Below, one piece after another: positions 1-9,213 of a stretch of DNA of 42,007 bases (position 1 is its first letter; the number at the start of each line of letters is the position of its first letter). Below the pieces are notes generated by a model. That model was not told the origin of the DNA. It worked only from the letters and a program-made list of their open reading frames with translations, and searched no databases. Origin of the DNA: Candidatus Rokuibacteriota bacterium (lineage in GTDB: Bacteria > Methylomirabilota > Methylomirabilia > Rokubacteriales > CSP1-6); assembly GCA_003221655.1 (NCBI GenBank), contig QHSV01000235.1, positions 1 through 42,007 of the forward strand. Reading direction: 5' to 3'. The position numbers were made by a program, and so were the translations under genes.

Positions 1-31
1 ACTCCGGCGCGGGGCGCCGACACGCCTGCTC

Positions 32-1162
32 TCACGCGGAACGTCGTGCGGTCAGCCGCTCGATGAGCGGGAAGAGCGTGGCCCGGGCGACGCGGAAGCT
101 GTAGCGTGCTTCGCAACGCTGGCGGGCGCGACGGCCGAGCGCCGCGGCTTCCTCGGCGTTGTCGAGCAACCGCTTGATCGCGCCGGCGAGCGCGGGCACG
201 TCCCCGGGTTCGACCACGAGGCCGCAGCCGTCCAGGATCTCAGGAATCATCGAGACCGACGTCGAGACGATGGGACGGGCGAGCGCCATCGCGTCGAAGA
301 GCTTCGCGGGCACCTGCGCCACGGTGTCGGTGGTATCTCGCTGAGGCACGGCGACGACGTCGGCGGCGACGAGGTAGCGAGGCACGTCATCGAACGGAAT
401 CTCGCCAGTCATGCGCACGTGTGGGATCCGGGACCAGCGCGGCGCTCCACCACGGGCCGGATCCACGCCCACGAGCGCCAGGACGACCCCGGGCCCCAGC
501 AAGCCTACCGCGTCGATCAGGTCGTCGACGCCTTTGTGCCCCCGCGGCGTGCCGAGAAACATCACGACCTTGCTGGCGCCCACCCCCTGCCGGGCGCGCG
601 CGGCGGCGCGATCGTAGCGGGCCGGATCCCACGCCTCGGTATCGCGTACGTGGGGCAGGAGCGTCCCGCCGAAGCGGCGCTCGAGGAATCGCGAGGCCAC
701 CGTGATCGCGTCGGCACGACGGATGAGCTTCTCCGCGAGCCACGTCCACGGGAGCCCGTTCGGATTGGCGAGGTTGAGGGCACGACCGACCCGACCCCAG
801 GCGCCCGAGCGACAGAAGAAGCCGACCTCCCAGTCGTCGATGTCGAGGACGAGCGGCCGCTGCCGGCGTGCCCGCGCGAGCAGGCCCAGTCCGAAGCTCG
901 TCGGCCGCGGCTTGGACGCGACGAGGACCTCGCCGTCGACGAGCTCGAGGAGCTCGGGAACGTGTCGTGCGAACCCGGGATCGCGCCCGGCCCGCACGCT
1001 GCGATACGCGACCGCGCCGTTCCGCGATGGCGCCCAGAGATCTTCGCCGAACTGAGGCCCGACCACGTCGACCTCGTAGCGCGACGAAAGGAGACGAGCA
1101 AGCAGGTCGGCACGACCCGTCGCATTGTCCGACAGGTCGGAGGCGAGGATGGAGATCTTCAC
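32..1162 (-). CDS. glycosyltransferase family 4 (GT-B fold), LPS core/polysaccharide type
   Basis: ORF 32..1426. The first 88 codons are Arg/Gly-rich read-through. A GTG at 1162 (VKISILASDL...) makes a GTGA overlap with the upstream stop at 1159. The C-terminal half looks like GT1/GT4 (...VPAKLFDAMALARPIVSTSVSMIPEIL...). Confidence 0.7.
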   Translation of the reverse strand: MKISILASDLSDNATGRADLLARLLSSRYEVDVVGPQFGEDLWAPSRNGAVAYRSVRAGRDPGFARHVPELLELVDGEVLVASKPRPTSFGLGLLARARRQRPLVLDIDDWEVGFFCRSGAWGRVGRALNLANPNGLPWTWLAEKLIRRADAITVASRFLERRFGGTLLPHVRDTEAWDPARYDRAAARARQGVGASKVVMFLGTPRGHKGVDDLIDAVGLLGPGVVLALVGVDPARGGAPRWSRIPHVRMTGEIPFDDVPRYLVAADVVAVPQRDTTDTVAQVPAKLFDAMALARPIVSTSVSMIPEILDGCGLVVEPGDVPALAGAIKRLLDNAEEAAALGRRARQRCEARYSFRVARATLFPLIERLTARRSA

Positions 1163-2277
1163 GCCGCGCCGGCCGCCAGGAGGCTCGTGTAGCGCGCCTC
1201 GAGCGCAGCCGCCACGCGGGCGCCCGAGTACCGCTGTCCGACCAGCCGCTGTCCGGCCTCGCCCAGCCGCGCGCACGCCGCGGGGTCCCTCACGAGCCTC
1301 GCCAGCGCGTCGGCGAGCGCCTCGGCGTCGCCGGCTGGCACGAGCGCCGCGTGCTCGCCGTCGGCCAGCACCTCCGGCACCACACCCACCCGCGACGCGA
1401 TGAGCGGCCGCCCGGCGGCCAGACACTCGAAGACCACGCGGGACATGCCGTCGGACTCGAGCGGCACGTAGAGCACGATGTCGAGCGCGGCGAGGGCAGC
1501 CGGCAGATCGTCGACGAAGCCGCCGATGTTGAACTGCCGCCCGAGCCCAGCTCGATCGATCGTGTTCCGGACTACCGCCTCCATGCTCCCGCGCCCCACG
1601 AAGACGAAGTGAGGCCGGACACCACGCGCGCCGAGTCGGGCCGCCGCATCGACCACGACCGCGTGTCCCTTCATGACGCGAAGGCCGGCAATCATGCCCA
1701 CCAGCGGGTGGTCCGGCCGGCCGCCGAGCCGCCTGTACACCTCGGGATCGCGTGGGAGCGGGCGATACCGCTCCGCGTCGGCGCCGCCCCGCAGCGCGGC
1801 GATACGATCAGCGTCCACGAGCTCGGAGGCGATGTACTGCCGCCGGATGGCCTCGGTCACCGTCACGACGAATGCCGTTGCCCGACGGTAGAGCCAGCGA
1901 TTGGCGGCGTGGGGCCTCACGGCCAGAGCGATGTGGCGCGTCCTGACGACGGGCCGCGGCGTTGAAATCAAGCGATTGGCCACGGCGACGAGCCAATGCT
2001 CTTTGCCGCGATGCACGTGGACCACGTCGGTCTCCTCCAGCAGGGCGCGAAGGCGGCCGAGGTCCCGGGCGTCCGCCATCAGCCGGACGCCGCTCGCGAG
2101 CGTGGTCACGGGCTCCACGCCTTCTCGGCGCACGCCGTCGATCACCCGTGCCTCCGTTCCGGCGAGGCACACGAGGGTCACCGCGTGTCCGCGACGCTCG
2201 AGCTCTCGCGTCATCCTAGCCGCCCAGTAGGCGTCGGACGACCACCCGCGGCAGGAGACGAGCTGGAGAATCCTCAC
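1159..2277 (-). CDS. glycosyltransferase family 4
   Basis: ORF 1159..2334. A GTG at 2277 (VRILQLVSCRGWSSD...) gives a GTGA overlap with the upstream stop at 2274. It has a typical GT4 N-terminus and a C-terminal ...SDGMSRVVFECLAAGRPLIASRVGVVPEVL... Confidence 0.7.
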   Translation of the reverse strand: MRILQLVSCRGWSSDAYWAARMTRELERRGHAVTLVCLAGTEARVIDGVRREGVEPVTTLASGVRLMADARDLGRLRALLEETDVVHVHRGKEHWLVAVANRLISTPRPVVRTRHIALAVRPHAANRWLYRRATAFVVTVTEAIRRQYIASELVDADRIAALRGGADAERYRPLPRDPEVYRRLGGRPDHPLVGMIAGLRVMKGHAVVVDAAARLGARGVRPHFVFVGRGSMEAVVRNTIDRAGLGRQFNIGGFVDDLPAALAALDIVLYVPLESDGMSRVVFECLAAGRPLIASRVGVVPEVLADGEHAALVPAGDAEALADALARLVRDPAACARLGEAGQRLVGQRYSGARVAAALEARYTSLLAAGAA

Positions 2278-3392
2278 CGGACGTCCCCATAGACGCGCTC
2301 GACCGTCTCGACCGAGCGCTCGAGGCCGAAGCACTCCTCCGCTCTCGCGCGACCCGCGCTCCCCATCGCCCGTCGCCGCGCCGGGTCCTCGAGTATGTCC
2401 CCGAGCGCGCGCGCGACACTCTCCGGGCGGTCGTCGTCGATCAGGAACCCGGTTTCGCCATGCACCACCGTTTCCGGAAGCGCGCCCACGCGTCGAGCGA
2501 TCACCGGCCGTGCCGCGGCCATCGCTTCGAGCGCCGCCCGGCAGGACTCATCCGAGCCCGCCGCCATGAGGGCGAAGCAGTCCCCGGCGGCCAGGACCGA
2601 GGGGAGGTCAATGTCGCGATAGCCCGTGAAGATCACGTGACTTCCGAGCTCGAGATCGGCGACCAGCTGCTCGAGGGGCCTGCGCGTCTCGCCTTTTCCA
2701 ACGAGCAGCAGGCGCACTCGCGGGAGCCGGGGGACGAGCAGGCCAACGCCCGCGAGCAGGAGCTCGTGACCGCGATTCGTCGCCAGCCGCGCGACCGAGA
2801 CCACGACCGGCGCGTCGCCGAGCTTGAACTCTTCCCGGACCGGCGCGGGGTCCGCGTCAGCGGCGAACCGCCTCAGGTCGACGGCGCCCGGGATCCAGAA
2901 GACGCGCTCCTGCGGGATCCCGGCCTCGCGGCAGCGAGACTCGATCTGCCGGGAGACCGCGAACACTGCGCCCGTCCGACGGTAGAGTGTCGACGCAAGC
3001 CGGTCGCGCTTGACCGAGCGCAAGTTGTGGAAGGTTCTCACCACTGGTGGGCGGCTGCCCAACGGCCGCTTTGGCCTGCCGAGTACCGCGAGCCAGTGGT
3101 CATGCGAGTGGTGAGTGTGCACCACGTCCACGCCTTCGTCGCGGATGAGCGTGCGGAGTCGCAGCACATCGCGCGCGAGCGCCCGCGGTCCGAGGCGAGC
3201 GTCCATGCGGAGTCCATCGACCAGCTCGATCCCAGCCTCCCTCGCCTTGGCTGCGAACCGATCGCCAGGGATGATCCCGAGCAGGGTTCGGTGGCCGCGG
3301 GTGCGCAGGCCGGACACGAGGTGGATGATGGGATCGGCGCTGCCTGTCCACCAGCGATTCGCTGCGAGGTGCAGAATCGTCAGCGGTTTCAT
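2274..3392 (-). CDS. glycosyltransferase family 4
   Basis: ORF 2274..3500. An ATG at 3392 (MKPLTILHLAANRWWTGSADP...) gives an ATGA overlap with the upstream stop at 3389. The C-terminal ...SDESCRAALEAMAAARPVIARRVGALPETVVHGETGFL is GT4-like. Confidence 0.7.
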   Translation of the reverse strand: MKPLTILHLAANRWWTGSADPIIHLVSGLRTRGHRTLLGIIPGDRFAAKAREAGIELVDGLRMDARLGPRALARDVLRLRTLIRDEGVDVVHTHHSHDHWLAVLGRPKRPLGSRPPVVRTFHNLRSVKRDRLASTLYRRTGAVFAVSRQIESRCREAGIPQERVFWIPGAVDLRRFAADADPAPVREEFKLGDAPVVVSVARLATNRGHELLLAGVGLLVPRLPRVRLLLVGKGETRRPLEQLVADLELGSHVIFTGYRDIDLPSVLAAGDCFALMAAGSDESCRAALEAMAAARPVIARRVGALPETVVHGETGFLIDDDRPESVARALGDILEDPARRRAMGSAGRARAEECFGLERSVETVERVYGDVR

Positions 3393-4381
3393 GAGGTCCC
3401 CGCCAGGAGCGCGTCCATCTCGTTGCCGACCGTCTCCGCGAGGATCCCGCGCATACAGGGGTGGTCGATCGGACACGCCCGGTAGAAGCACGGCGCGCAC
3501 GGCACGGGATGGCGCACCACGGCCACGCCGCCGAGCGGCGCGGTCAGCGCCGGGTCCGTCGGCCCGAAGAGTGCCACGACGGGCGTGCCGAGCGCCGCCG
3601 CGAGGTGCGCAACGCCGGTGTCGCCCGAGACGAGCACGGCGATCTCCGTGAGCACCGCGGGAAGGAGGTCCGGACCGTCGCGCCCGACGAGGCTCACCGC
3701 GCGTGTCTGGCGCAGCACGTCCGCGGCGGCAGGCGCGTCCGATGGCGCTCCCAGAAGCACTGGCACCACGCCCCGCGCCGGCCCGCGTCGACAGAACTCG
3801 ACGACGCGCTCGCGCGCCCAGACCTTGGCTGGCCCGGACGCGGCGCCGAGGTGGACGCCGACTCTGGGCTTGCCCTCGGGCGCTCCGCTCTCGCGCATCA
3901 GCTCACGGGCCCGCTGCCGCGTATCGGCCCGGGGTCCGGGCGCCGTCAGGCGCGGCTCGCGCGCCGTCGTGGTCGCTCCGAGGTGAGCGACGAGCAGCAG
4001 GTACTCGTCGACCTGGTGGAGTCGCGGTGCGGGGAGGGGCAGCGCGTCGGTGAGAAGCCAGCCGCGCCCGTCCAGCGCGAACCCGATCCGTCGCCGCCCA
4101 CGCCAGTACACGGCGGCGGCGGCCGCCTCGAATGAATTGGGGAAGAGCACCACCGTGTCACCCGCGAAGTCGCGAACCGTGTCGGCAATGCGAAGCCGGC
4201 CGCTCCACGAGCGCGGGTACCCCACCAGTACGTCGCCGAGCCCCTGACCGGCGAGCAACTCGACCCACGGGCCCGCGAGGAGCACGTGAGCCTCCGGAAA
4301 CGCCTCGCGAAGCGAGCGGAGTGCCGGCACCGCCATCACGGTGTCGCCGAGCCAGTTCGGCAGCCGCACGGCGATCTTCAC
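3389..4381 (-). CDS. glycosyltransferase family 9 (ADP-heptose:LPS heptosyltransferase-like)
   Basis: ORF 3389..4741. A GTG at 4381 (VKIAVRLPNWLGDTVMAVPALRSL...) is the characteristic GT9 N-terminus. It makes a GTGA overlap with the lpxK stop at 4378. GDTGVAHLAAALGTPVVALFGPTDP lies near the C-terminus. Confidence 0.75.
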   Translation of the reverse strand: MKIAVRLPNWLGDTVMAVPALRSLREAFPEAHVLLAGPWVELLAGQGLGDVLVGYPRSWSGRLRIADTVRDFAGDTVVLFPNSFEAAAAAVYWRGRRRIGFALDGRGWLLTDALPLPAPRLHQVDEYLLLVAHLGATTTAREPRLTAPGPRADTRQRARELMRESGAPEGKPRVGVHLGAASGPAKVWARERVVEFCRRGPARGVVPVLLGAPSDAPAAADVLRQTRAVSLVGRDGPDLLPAVLTEIAVLVSGDTGVAHLAAALGTPVVALFGPTDPALTAPLGGVAVVRHPVPCAPCFYRACPIDHPCMRGILAETVGNEMDALLAGTS

Positions 4382-5460
4382 GGGCAAGCGCGCTGGAAGG
4401 CCTGCCGCCAGGTGGGCTCGCCCGTCTGCAGGACGAGTCGGATACTCAGGACGTAGAGGGGCTGGCGCGGCAGACGAAGACGACGCAGACGGACCCAGTC
4501 TTTCTCGGTCGTGATGAGCGCCTCGACACCCAGCTCCGCGGCGCGCGCATCGAGTCGGGTGACGTCGTCGGTCGAGTACCAGTGATGGTCGGCGAACTCC
4601 GACAGCTCCGCCACGACAGCACCGGTGCTCGTGAGGGTCTCGGCGAACGCTGCGGGGGACGCGATACCGGCGAATGCGGCGAGTCGCTTTCCGCCGAGCT
4701 CGGCGAGACCAACGGATCGCATCCGGCCCGCCTCCCAGCATTCCGAGGGTACGAGCGTGGCGGTGAGGACGGGAACTCGCGGAGCGTGCTCGTCGACAGC
4801 TTCGACCACCTCGCGCGCGTCCCCGAGACCGAGCGCGCCGGTGGCGACGACGAGGTCGGCCCTCGCGAGCGAGGCGAGCGGCTCGCGTAACGGCCCGGCA
4901 GGAAGCAATCGCCCGTTGCCCCAGGGCCGCCGCGCGCGCGTCATCACGATCTCGAGATCCTTTCTGAGCGTCCGGTGCTGAAACGCATCGTCGAGAACGA
5001 TCGCGGTCACCCCGAACTTCTCGATGGCGACTCGCGCGGCATCGTGACGGTTCGAGCCGACCACGACGGGGATGCCCGGCAGCCGACGCGCCAGAAGGAA
5101 CGGCTCGTCACCCGATTCCTCCGGGTCGAGACTGATCGAGGCGGCGTCCGCAACGATCTGGACGCCGCGCGTGCTGCGGCCGTAGCCGCGGCTGACGACC
5201 GCCGGTCGATGGCCGAGGGCGGCGAGGGTTTGGACGGCCACCTCCACGGCCGGGGTCTTCCCGGTCCCTCCCACGGTCAGGTTTCCGATGGAGACCACGC
5301 GGCACGGCAGAGCGCGCGATCTCAAGATTCCCCGTCCGTAGAGCCATTCGCGTGCCCCGAGGAGGCCGCGGTAGCCACCACCGGCGACGGCCAGCACCCG
5401 TGCCGGCCCAGACGCGAAGCCCTCCTCCCAGCCGCGGACGAAGCGTTCGCGGGACCTCAT
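4378..5460 (-). CDS. lpxK: tetraacyldisaccharide 4'-kinase
   Basis: ORF 4378..6051. An ATG at 5460 (MRSRERF...) makes an ATGA overlap with the waaA stop at 5457. P-loop VVSIGNLTVGGTGKTP is present, followed by VSRGYG and LDDAFQH motifs. Confidence 0.85.
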   Translation of the reverse strand: MRSRERFVRGWEEGFASGPARVLAVAGGGYRGLLGAREWLYGRGILRSRALPCRVVSIGNLTVGGTGKTPAVEVAVQTLAALGHRPAVVSRGYGRSTRGVQIVADAASISLDPEESGDEPFLLARRLPGIPVVVGSNRHDAARVAIEKFGVTAIVLDDAFQHRTLRKDLEIVMTRARRPWGNGRLLPAGPLREPLASLARADLVVATGALGLGDAREVVEAVDEHAPRVPVLTATLVPSECWEAGRMRSVGLAELGGKRLAAFAGIASPAAFAETLTSTGAVVAELSEFADHHWYSTDDVTRLDARAAELGVEALITTEKDWVRLRRLRLPRQPLYVLSIRLVLQTGEPTWRQAFQRACP

Positions 5461-6758
5461 GAGCGCACCCCGGGGTAAAGATAGCGACCGATGAGATCGA
5501 GCGTTTCCCGGACTGCGCCGTGGCGGGACGCGACGGCCTCGTACCCGGCATCGCCAAGCTTCGCGCGAAGGTCCGGATCGGCGAGCAGCCGTCGGAGCTC
5601 GCGGGAGAGGTCGGAGGCGTCTCGGACGACGAGGGCGGCGCCGACCGACTCGAGCAGGCTCGTGGACTCGCGGAAGTTCGTGGCGTGGGGTCCGACCAGT
5701 ACGGGTTTGCGCCTCTGCGCGGCCTCGAGTAGGTTGTGACCGCCCACCGGCACGAGACTCCCCCCGACGAACACGACGTCGGCGATGGCATAGAGCGTCG
5801 CGAGCTCGCCCACGGTGTCGAGGACGACGACGGGCGGGACGGGGACTGACGTGCTCGTCACCGCAAACGGAAGCTCGCTGCGACGGATCGAAGGCCAGCT
5901 GCGTCGGGCCAGGAGGGCGAGCACTTCGGCCGTTCGCTCCGGATGTCTCGGCGCGATCACGAGCACGAGCTCTGGAAACTCGGCGAGGGCGGCGCGGTGG
6001 GCCTCCAGGACCGGGTCCTCCTCGCCCGCGTGAGTGCTTCCGGCGATCCACACGCGCTGGCCGGGGCTGAGGGCGAGGAGCCGCCGCCAGAGGTCCACGG
6101 TTCCGGCCGGGTCGGCGACAGGCGCGTCGACCTTGATGTTCCCCGTGACGACGACCCGTTCCGGGTGAGCCCCGAGCGCGATGATGCGACGCGCGTCCTC
6201 GTCCGATTGCATGGCGAACACTCGGACATCGGCGAGGACGGATGTCAGGAAGCGCCGCACGAGCCGGTAACGACGAAAGGATCGATCCGAGATTCTCCCG
6301 TTGGCGATCATCACCGGCACGCCGCGGGACGCCAGAGCCCGCAAGGTGTTCGGCCAGAGCTCGGTCTCCATACAGATCAGGAACGCCGGATTGATGGACG
6401 TCGCGACACGCCGGGCGACCCAGGGAAGGTCGAGCGGAAAGAAGCGATGGGTCACGAGCCCGGCAAACCGCTCACGGACGATCTGGGCTCCGGTGTTCGT
6501 GACCGTCGTCATCACTACCGGCAGCTCCGGATGAAGACGCCGTAGACCTTCGATGAGCGGCGCGGTGGCGATCGCTTCGCCAACGGACACCGCGTGCAAC
6601 CAGGCCGAGAGTCGGCCCGCGCCGATCGGCGCGTCCCCACCAAGCCGCGCGCGGGCGTTCAGCGGCACACCCCGAGTGAAGCGCCTCACCAACGCAAGCG
6701 GCACCCAAAGCGTGACGAGCCCGATCAGAGCCACCGCGGTGTACAGAGCGTACATCAT
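5457..6758 (-). CDS. waaA: 3-deoxy-D-manno-octulosonic acid (Kdo) transferase
   Basis: 433-aa ORF. It has an N-terminal TM helix, then WLHAVSVGEAIATAPLIEGL (the typical WaaA/KdtA signature) and a C-terminal GT-B domain ending ...FVGGSLVPVGGHNLLEAA. Confidence 0.88.
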   Translation of the reverse strand: MMYALYTAVALIGLVTLWVPLALVRRFTRGVPLNARARLGGDAPIGAGRLSAWLHAVSVGEAIATAPLIEGLRRLHPELPVVMTTVTNTGAQIVRERFAGLVTHRFFPLDLPWVARRVATSINPAFLICMETELWPNTLRALASRGVPVMIANGRISDRSFRRYRLVRRFLTSVLADVRVFAMQSDEDARRIIALGAHPERVVVTGNIKVDAPVADPAGTVDLWRRLLALSPGQRVWIAGSTHAGEEDPVLEAHRAALAEFPELVLVIAPRHPERTAEVLALLARRSWPSIRRSELPFAVTSTSVPVPPVVVLDTVGELATLYAIADVVFVGGSLVPVGGHNLLEAAQRRKPVLVGPHATNFRESTSLLESVGAALVVRDASDLSRELRRLLADPDLRAKLGDAGYEAVASRHGAVRETLDLIGRYLYPGVRS

Positions 6759-7411
6759 GCGCCCACCAACCGGTCTGCCGCCGCGGTGACCTCATCCAGG
6801 CTCCGCTCGACAACCTTGCGGACGCACTCTCGGTCGGCATCGCGCGCGATCGTCGTCGCGGCACCGAACACCAGGGCGGCGCGGGCGAAGGGTGCCGGAA
6901 CCAGGAACGCGTCCCAAGTCGCAAGGCGATTGGCCGGTCTGGCGGCGAATCCCAGAGGAACCACCGGCGCGCCCGTCAGGCCCGCGAGGGCGACAACGCC
7001 GGGCGCGAGCTGACCGCGCGGCCCCCGCGGGCCGTCGGGCACCAGGGCCACGTCCCGACCGGCCCGGACGGCCGTCACGAGAGCACGAAACGCCGTCGCA
7101 CCGCCCCTCGACGACGACCCCCTGACCACGTCAAGACCGAAGCGGCTCACGTAGCTGCCGACGAGGCCACCGGCGCGCGAACGGCTGGCCAGCACGCTGA
7201 CGGTGCGGGCACCGTGGGTCCGGCGCAACCGGGCGTTGAGCCAGGGCACCATCAAGATGCGCCCGTGCCATACGCAGTAGATCAGCGGGCGCGCGGCTGT
7301 CCAGTGCGGCACCAGAGCGTCGACCCCCTCGACGCGCAGACGCAGCGTCGCCCCCAGGAGTCGCACCAACGTCGCGGCGACAGGCGGCACCAGCGCGAAC
7401 CGAGGATCCAT
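6755..7411 (-). CDS. DUF374 / lysophospholipid acyltransferase-like protein commonly adjacent to waaA
   Basis: ORF 6755..7414 (GTG at 7414 or ATG at 7411). Motifs YCVWHGRIL, VLASRSRAGG, VVRGSSSRGG and VPDGPRGPRG match the DUF374 pattern. Its stop overlaps the waaA start (ATGATG). Confidence 0.7.
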   Translation of the reverse strand: MDPRFALVPPVAATLVRLLGATLRLRVEGVDALVPHWTAARPLIYCVWHGRILMVPWLNARLRRTHGARTVSVLASRSRAGGLVGSYVSRFGLDVVRGSSSRGGATAFRALVTAVRAGRDVALVPDGPRGPRGQLAPGVVALAGLTGAPVVPLGFAARPANRLATWDAFLVPAPFARAALVFGAATTIARDADRECVRKVVERSLDEVTAAADRLVGA

Positions 7412-7504
7412 CACAGACTCGCCTCGGGCGCGGACACCCTGCGGCTGCGCACCGCCATCACAGACTCGCCTCGGGCGCCGACACCCTGCGGCTTCGTGCC
7501 GCCA
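7411..7504 (-). repeat. tandem direct repeat, 2 x 47 nt (43/47 identical), encoding two chained 15-codon mini-ORFs
   Basis: Plus strand 7411-7457 is tcacagactcgcctcgggcgcggacaccctgcggctgcgcaccgcca. Plus strand 7458-7504 is tcacagactcgcctcgggcgccgacaccctgcggcttcgtgccgcca. The repeat lies exactly between the lpxB stop and the DUF374 start. Confidence 0.9.
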
Positions 7505-8413
7505 TCAGGCGGCGCCCGCCTGGGCGAGGACGAAGCGCGCGGCGCGCGTTCCCACGCCGGGTTCTCCGAGCGGTGCCGCCTCCAGGGTGACGGTGCCTGA
7601 GGTGGCGAGGAGCAGATCGGCCGCGCGGATGACGGCATGTGTCTGACCACCGAGGATCTCGACGGGCGGACCACCGTGGAGGTGGTGCACGGCGAGCCGC
7701 CGGTCGATCGTGGGCGCCAGGCCCAGCAGGAACCGGGTTCCCGGCACGGCGGCCAGCACTTGCGCCGCCGCATCCCGCATCAACGGCAGCATGCGAACGA
7801 TCTCCTGGTGGCGACTCCCTGGCAGGAGCCCGATCACGGGGGTCCGGTCCTCGATCCCGAGCCCGCGTCGCGCCTCCTCACGGGTCGGCACCGCCTCAAG
7901 CTGGTCGAGCAGCGGATGCCCGACGAACTCGACGGGCACTCCCGCCCGGCGGTAGAGAGGAGTTTCGAACGGGAACACAGCGAGCACGAGGGAGACGAAC
8001 CTCCGGATCGTCTTCACCCGGCCCCCGCGCCACGCCCACACCTGAGGAGGAATGAAGTACACGACCGGGACGCCCGCGCGCTGCGCGGCGCGCGCGAGGC
8101 ACAGATTGAACTCGGGAAAGTCGATCAGGACGAGCACGGCCGGGCGTTCGACGCCGCGGAGCGCGGCGCGTAGCCCGCGGTAGGCGCGGTAAAGGCGCGG
8201 CACCTGGCCGAGCGCCTCACTCCCTCCGACGACGGCGTTCGCAGTCACGTCTACCAGGAGGTCCATTCCCGCTGCGGCCATGCCCGCACCGCCCATCCCG
8301 AAGAGTCGCCAGCCCGGGTCGAGCCCACGCAACGCCCGACACAGACCGGCGCCATGGAGGTCGCCGGAGGCCTCGCCCGCGACGAGCATAATCGCCTTCG
8401 ACCGGCCGGTCAT
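7505..8413 (-). CDS. lpxB: lipid-A-disaccharide synthase, apparently 3'-truncated (302 codons)
   Basis: ORF 7505..8773. An ATG at 8413 (MTGRSKAIMLVAGEASGDLHGAGL...) makes a TGATG overlap with the lpxI stop. GT19 features IDFPEFN, PPQVWAWR, LLPGSR and SGTVTLEAA are present. The ORF ends only about 24 codons after the SGT-TLE motif. Confidence 0.8.
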   Translation of the reverse strand: MTGRSKAIMLVAGEASGDLHGAGLCRALRGLDPGWRLFGMGGAGMAAAGMDLLVDVTANAVVGGSEALGQVPRLYRAYRGLRAALRGVERPAVLVLIDFPEFNLCLARAAQRAGVPVVYFIPPQVWAWRGGRVKTIRRFVSLVLAVFPFETPLYRRAGVPVEFVGHPLLDQLEAVPTREEARRGLGIEDRTPVIGLLPGSRHQEIVRMLPLMRDAAAQVLAAVPGTRFLLGLAPTIDRRLAVHHLHGGPPVEILGGQTHAVIRAADLLLATSGTVTLEAAPLGEPGVGTRAARFVLAQAGAA

Positions 8414-9213
8414 CACTCCACGCCCACCAGGGCCATCCCGGCTCCGTTCGCGATCCGAAGGCACGCCTCCTTGTCCAGGACCAACACCCGCTCCGCCTCG
8501 ACCGCGACGACCGTCGCGCCGCCGGCCGTGGCGATCTCGATCGTCTCCGGACCGATGGTCGGCATGTCGAATCGGTAATCGTGGTCGCGCGCCGCCGCCT
8601 TGACCACGACCGCTCCGACACCGGCACCGGTGATGCCGCGCCGGATCGTCTCGGTCGTGCCTTCGATCGCTTCCACGGCGGCCACGGCGCCGCGCTTGAC
8701 CACGACGGTCTGACCGACTCCCGCGTCGGCGACAAGCCGCGCGACTGCAAGTCCCCGGCGCACGTCGGCCCACTCGGCGTCGGTGGGCGCGCGGGCCGAC
8801 CAGCAGCCGTTGTCGCCCAGCCAGTCGCCGAGGAAGGGTCGCTGATCGAGGAGGGTGATATCCATCTGGCCGAGGGTCGCGACCACGGCCTGCACGAGGT
8901 TCGTGTCGACCATCGCTCCGGCCGCCGCCGTGATCTCGGCGAGCGAGGGATCGGGACGGTTCCCGCGCAGGAAGTCCTGAATCCAGAACTTCCCGGAGAA
9001 CAGCACGGCGCCGACGCGTTCGCGCTCGAGCGCGGCCAGCACGACACCGACCTCGTTGAGGCGGCTCGGGATCGTGCGTTCAGCGTGGGCGCTCACACCG
9101 GGCACCTCGCCGAACGTGAACGCCACGACGCGCCAGCCCTGGCGCTGCGCCTCGCCCGCCATGCGCGCCGGTAGCACGCCGGCGCCGCAGATCAGGCCGA
9201 GTGATCGCTCCAC
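8413..9213 (-). CDS. lpxI: UDP-2,3-diacylglucosamine diphosphatase LpxI (DUF1009 family)
   Basis: 266-aa ORF. The N-terminus MERSLGLICGAGVLPARMAGEAQRQGWRVVAF is typical of LpxI. It sits between lpxA and lpxB, as in other LpxI-type lipid A clusters. Confidence 0.8.
   Translation of the reverse strand: MERSLGLICGAGVLPARMAGEAQRQGWRVVAFTFGEVPGVSAHAERTIPSRLNEVGVVLAALERERVGAVLFSGKFWIQDFLRGNRPDPSLAEITAAAGAMVDTNLVQAVVATLGQMDITLLDQRPFLGDWLGDNGCWSARAPTDAEWADVRRGLAVARLVADAGVGQTVVVKRGAVAAVEAIEGTTETIRRGITGAGVGAVVVKAAARDHDYRFDMPTIGPETIEIATAGGATVVAVEAERVLVLDKEACLRIANGAGMALVGVE

Noticed and set aside
7505-7507. Single in-frame TGA between the lpxB and DUF374 frames as programmed read-through or selenocysteine, possibly linked to the GGQ-less RF2
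   Set aside because: I can identify no SECIS-like structure or read-through context. The linker would be low-complexity. The idea rests on two unverified anomalies, so it is kept only as a note inside the repeat finding.
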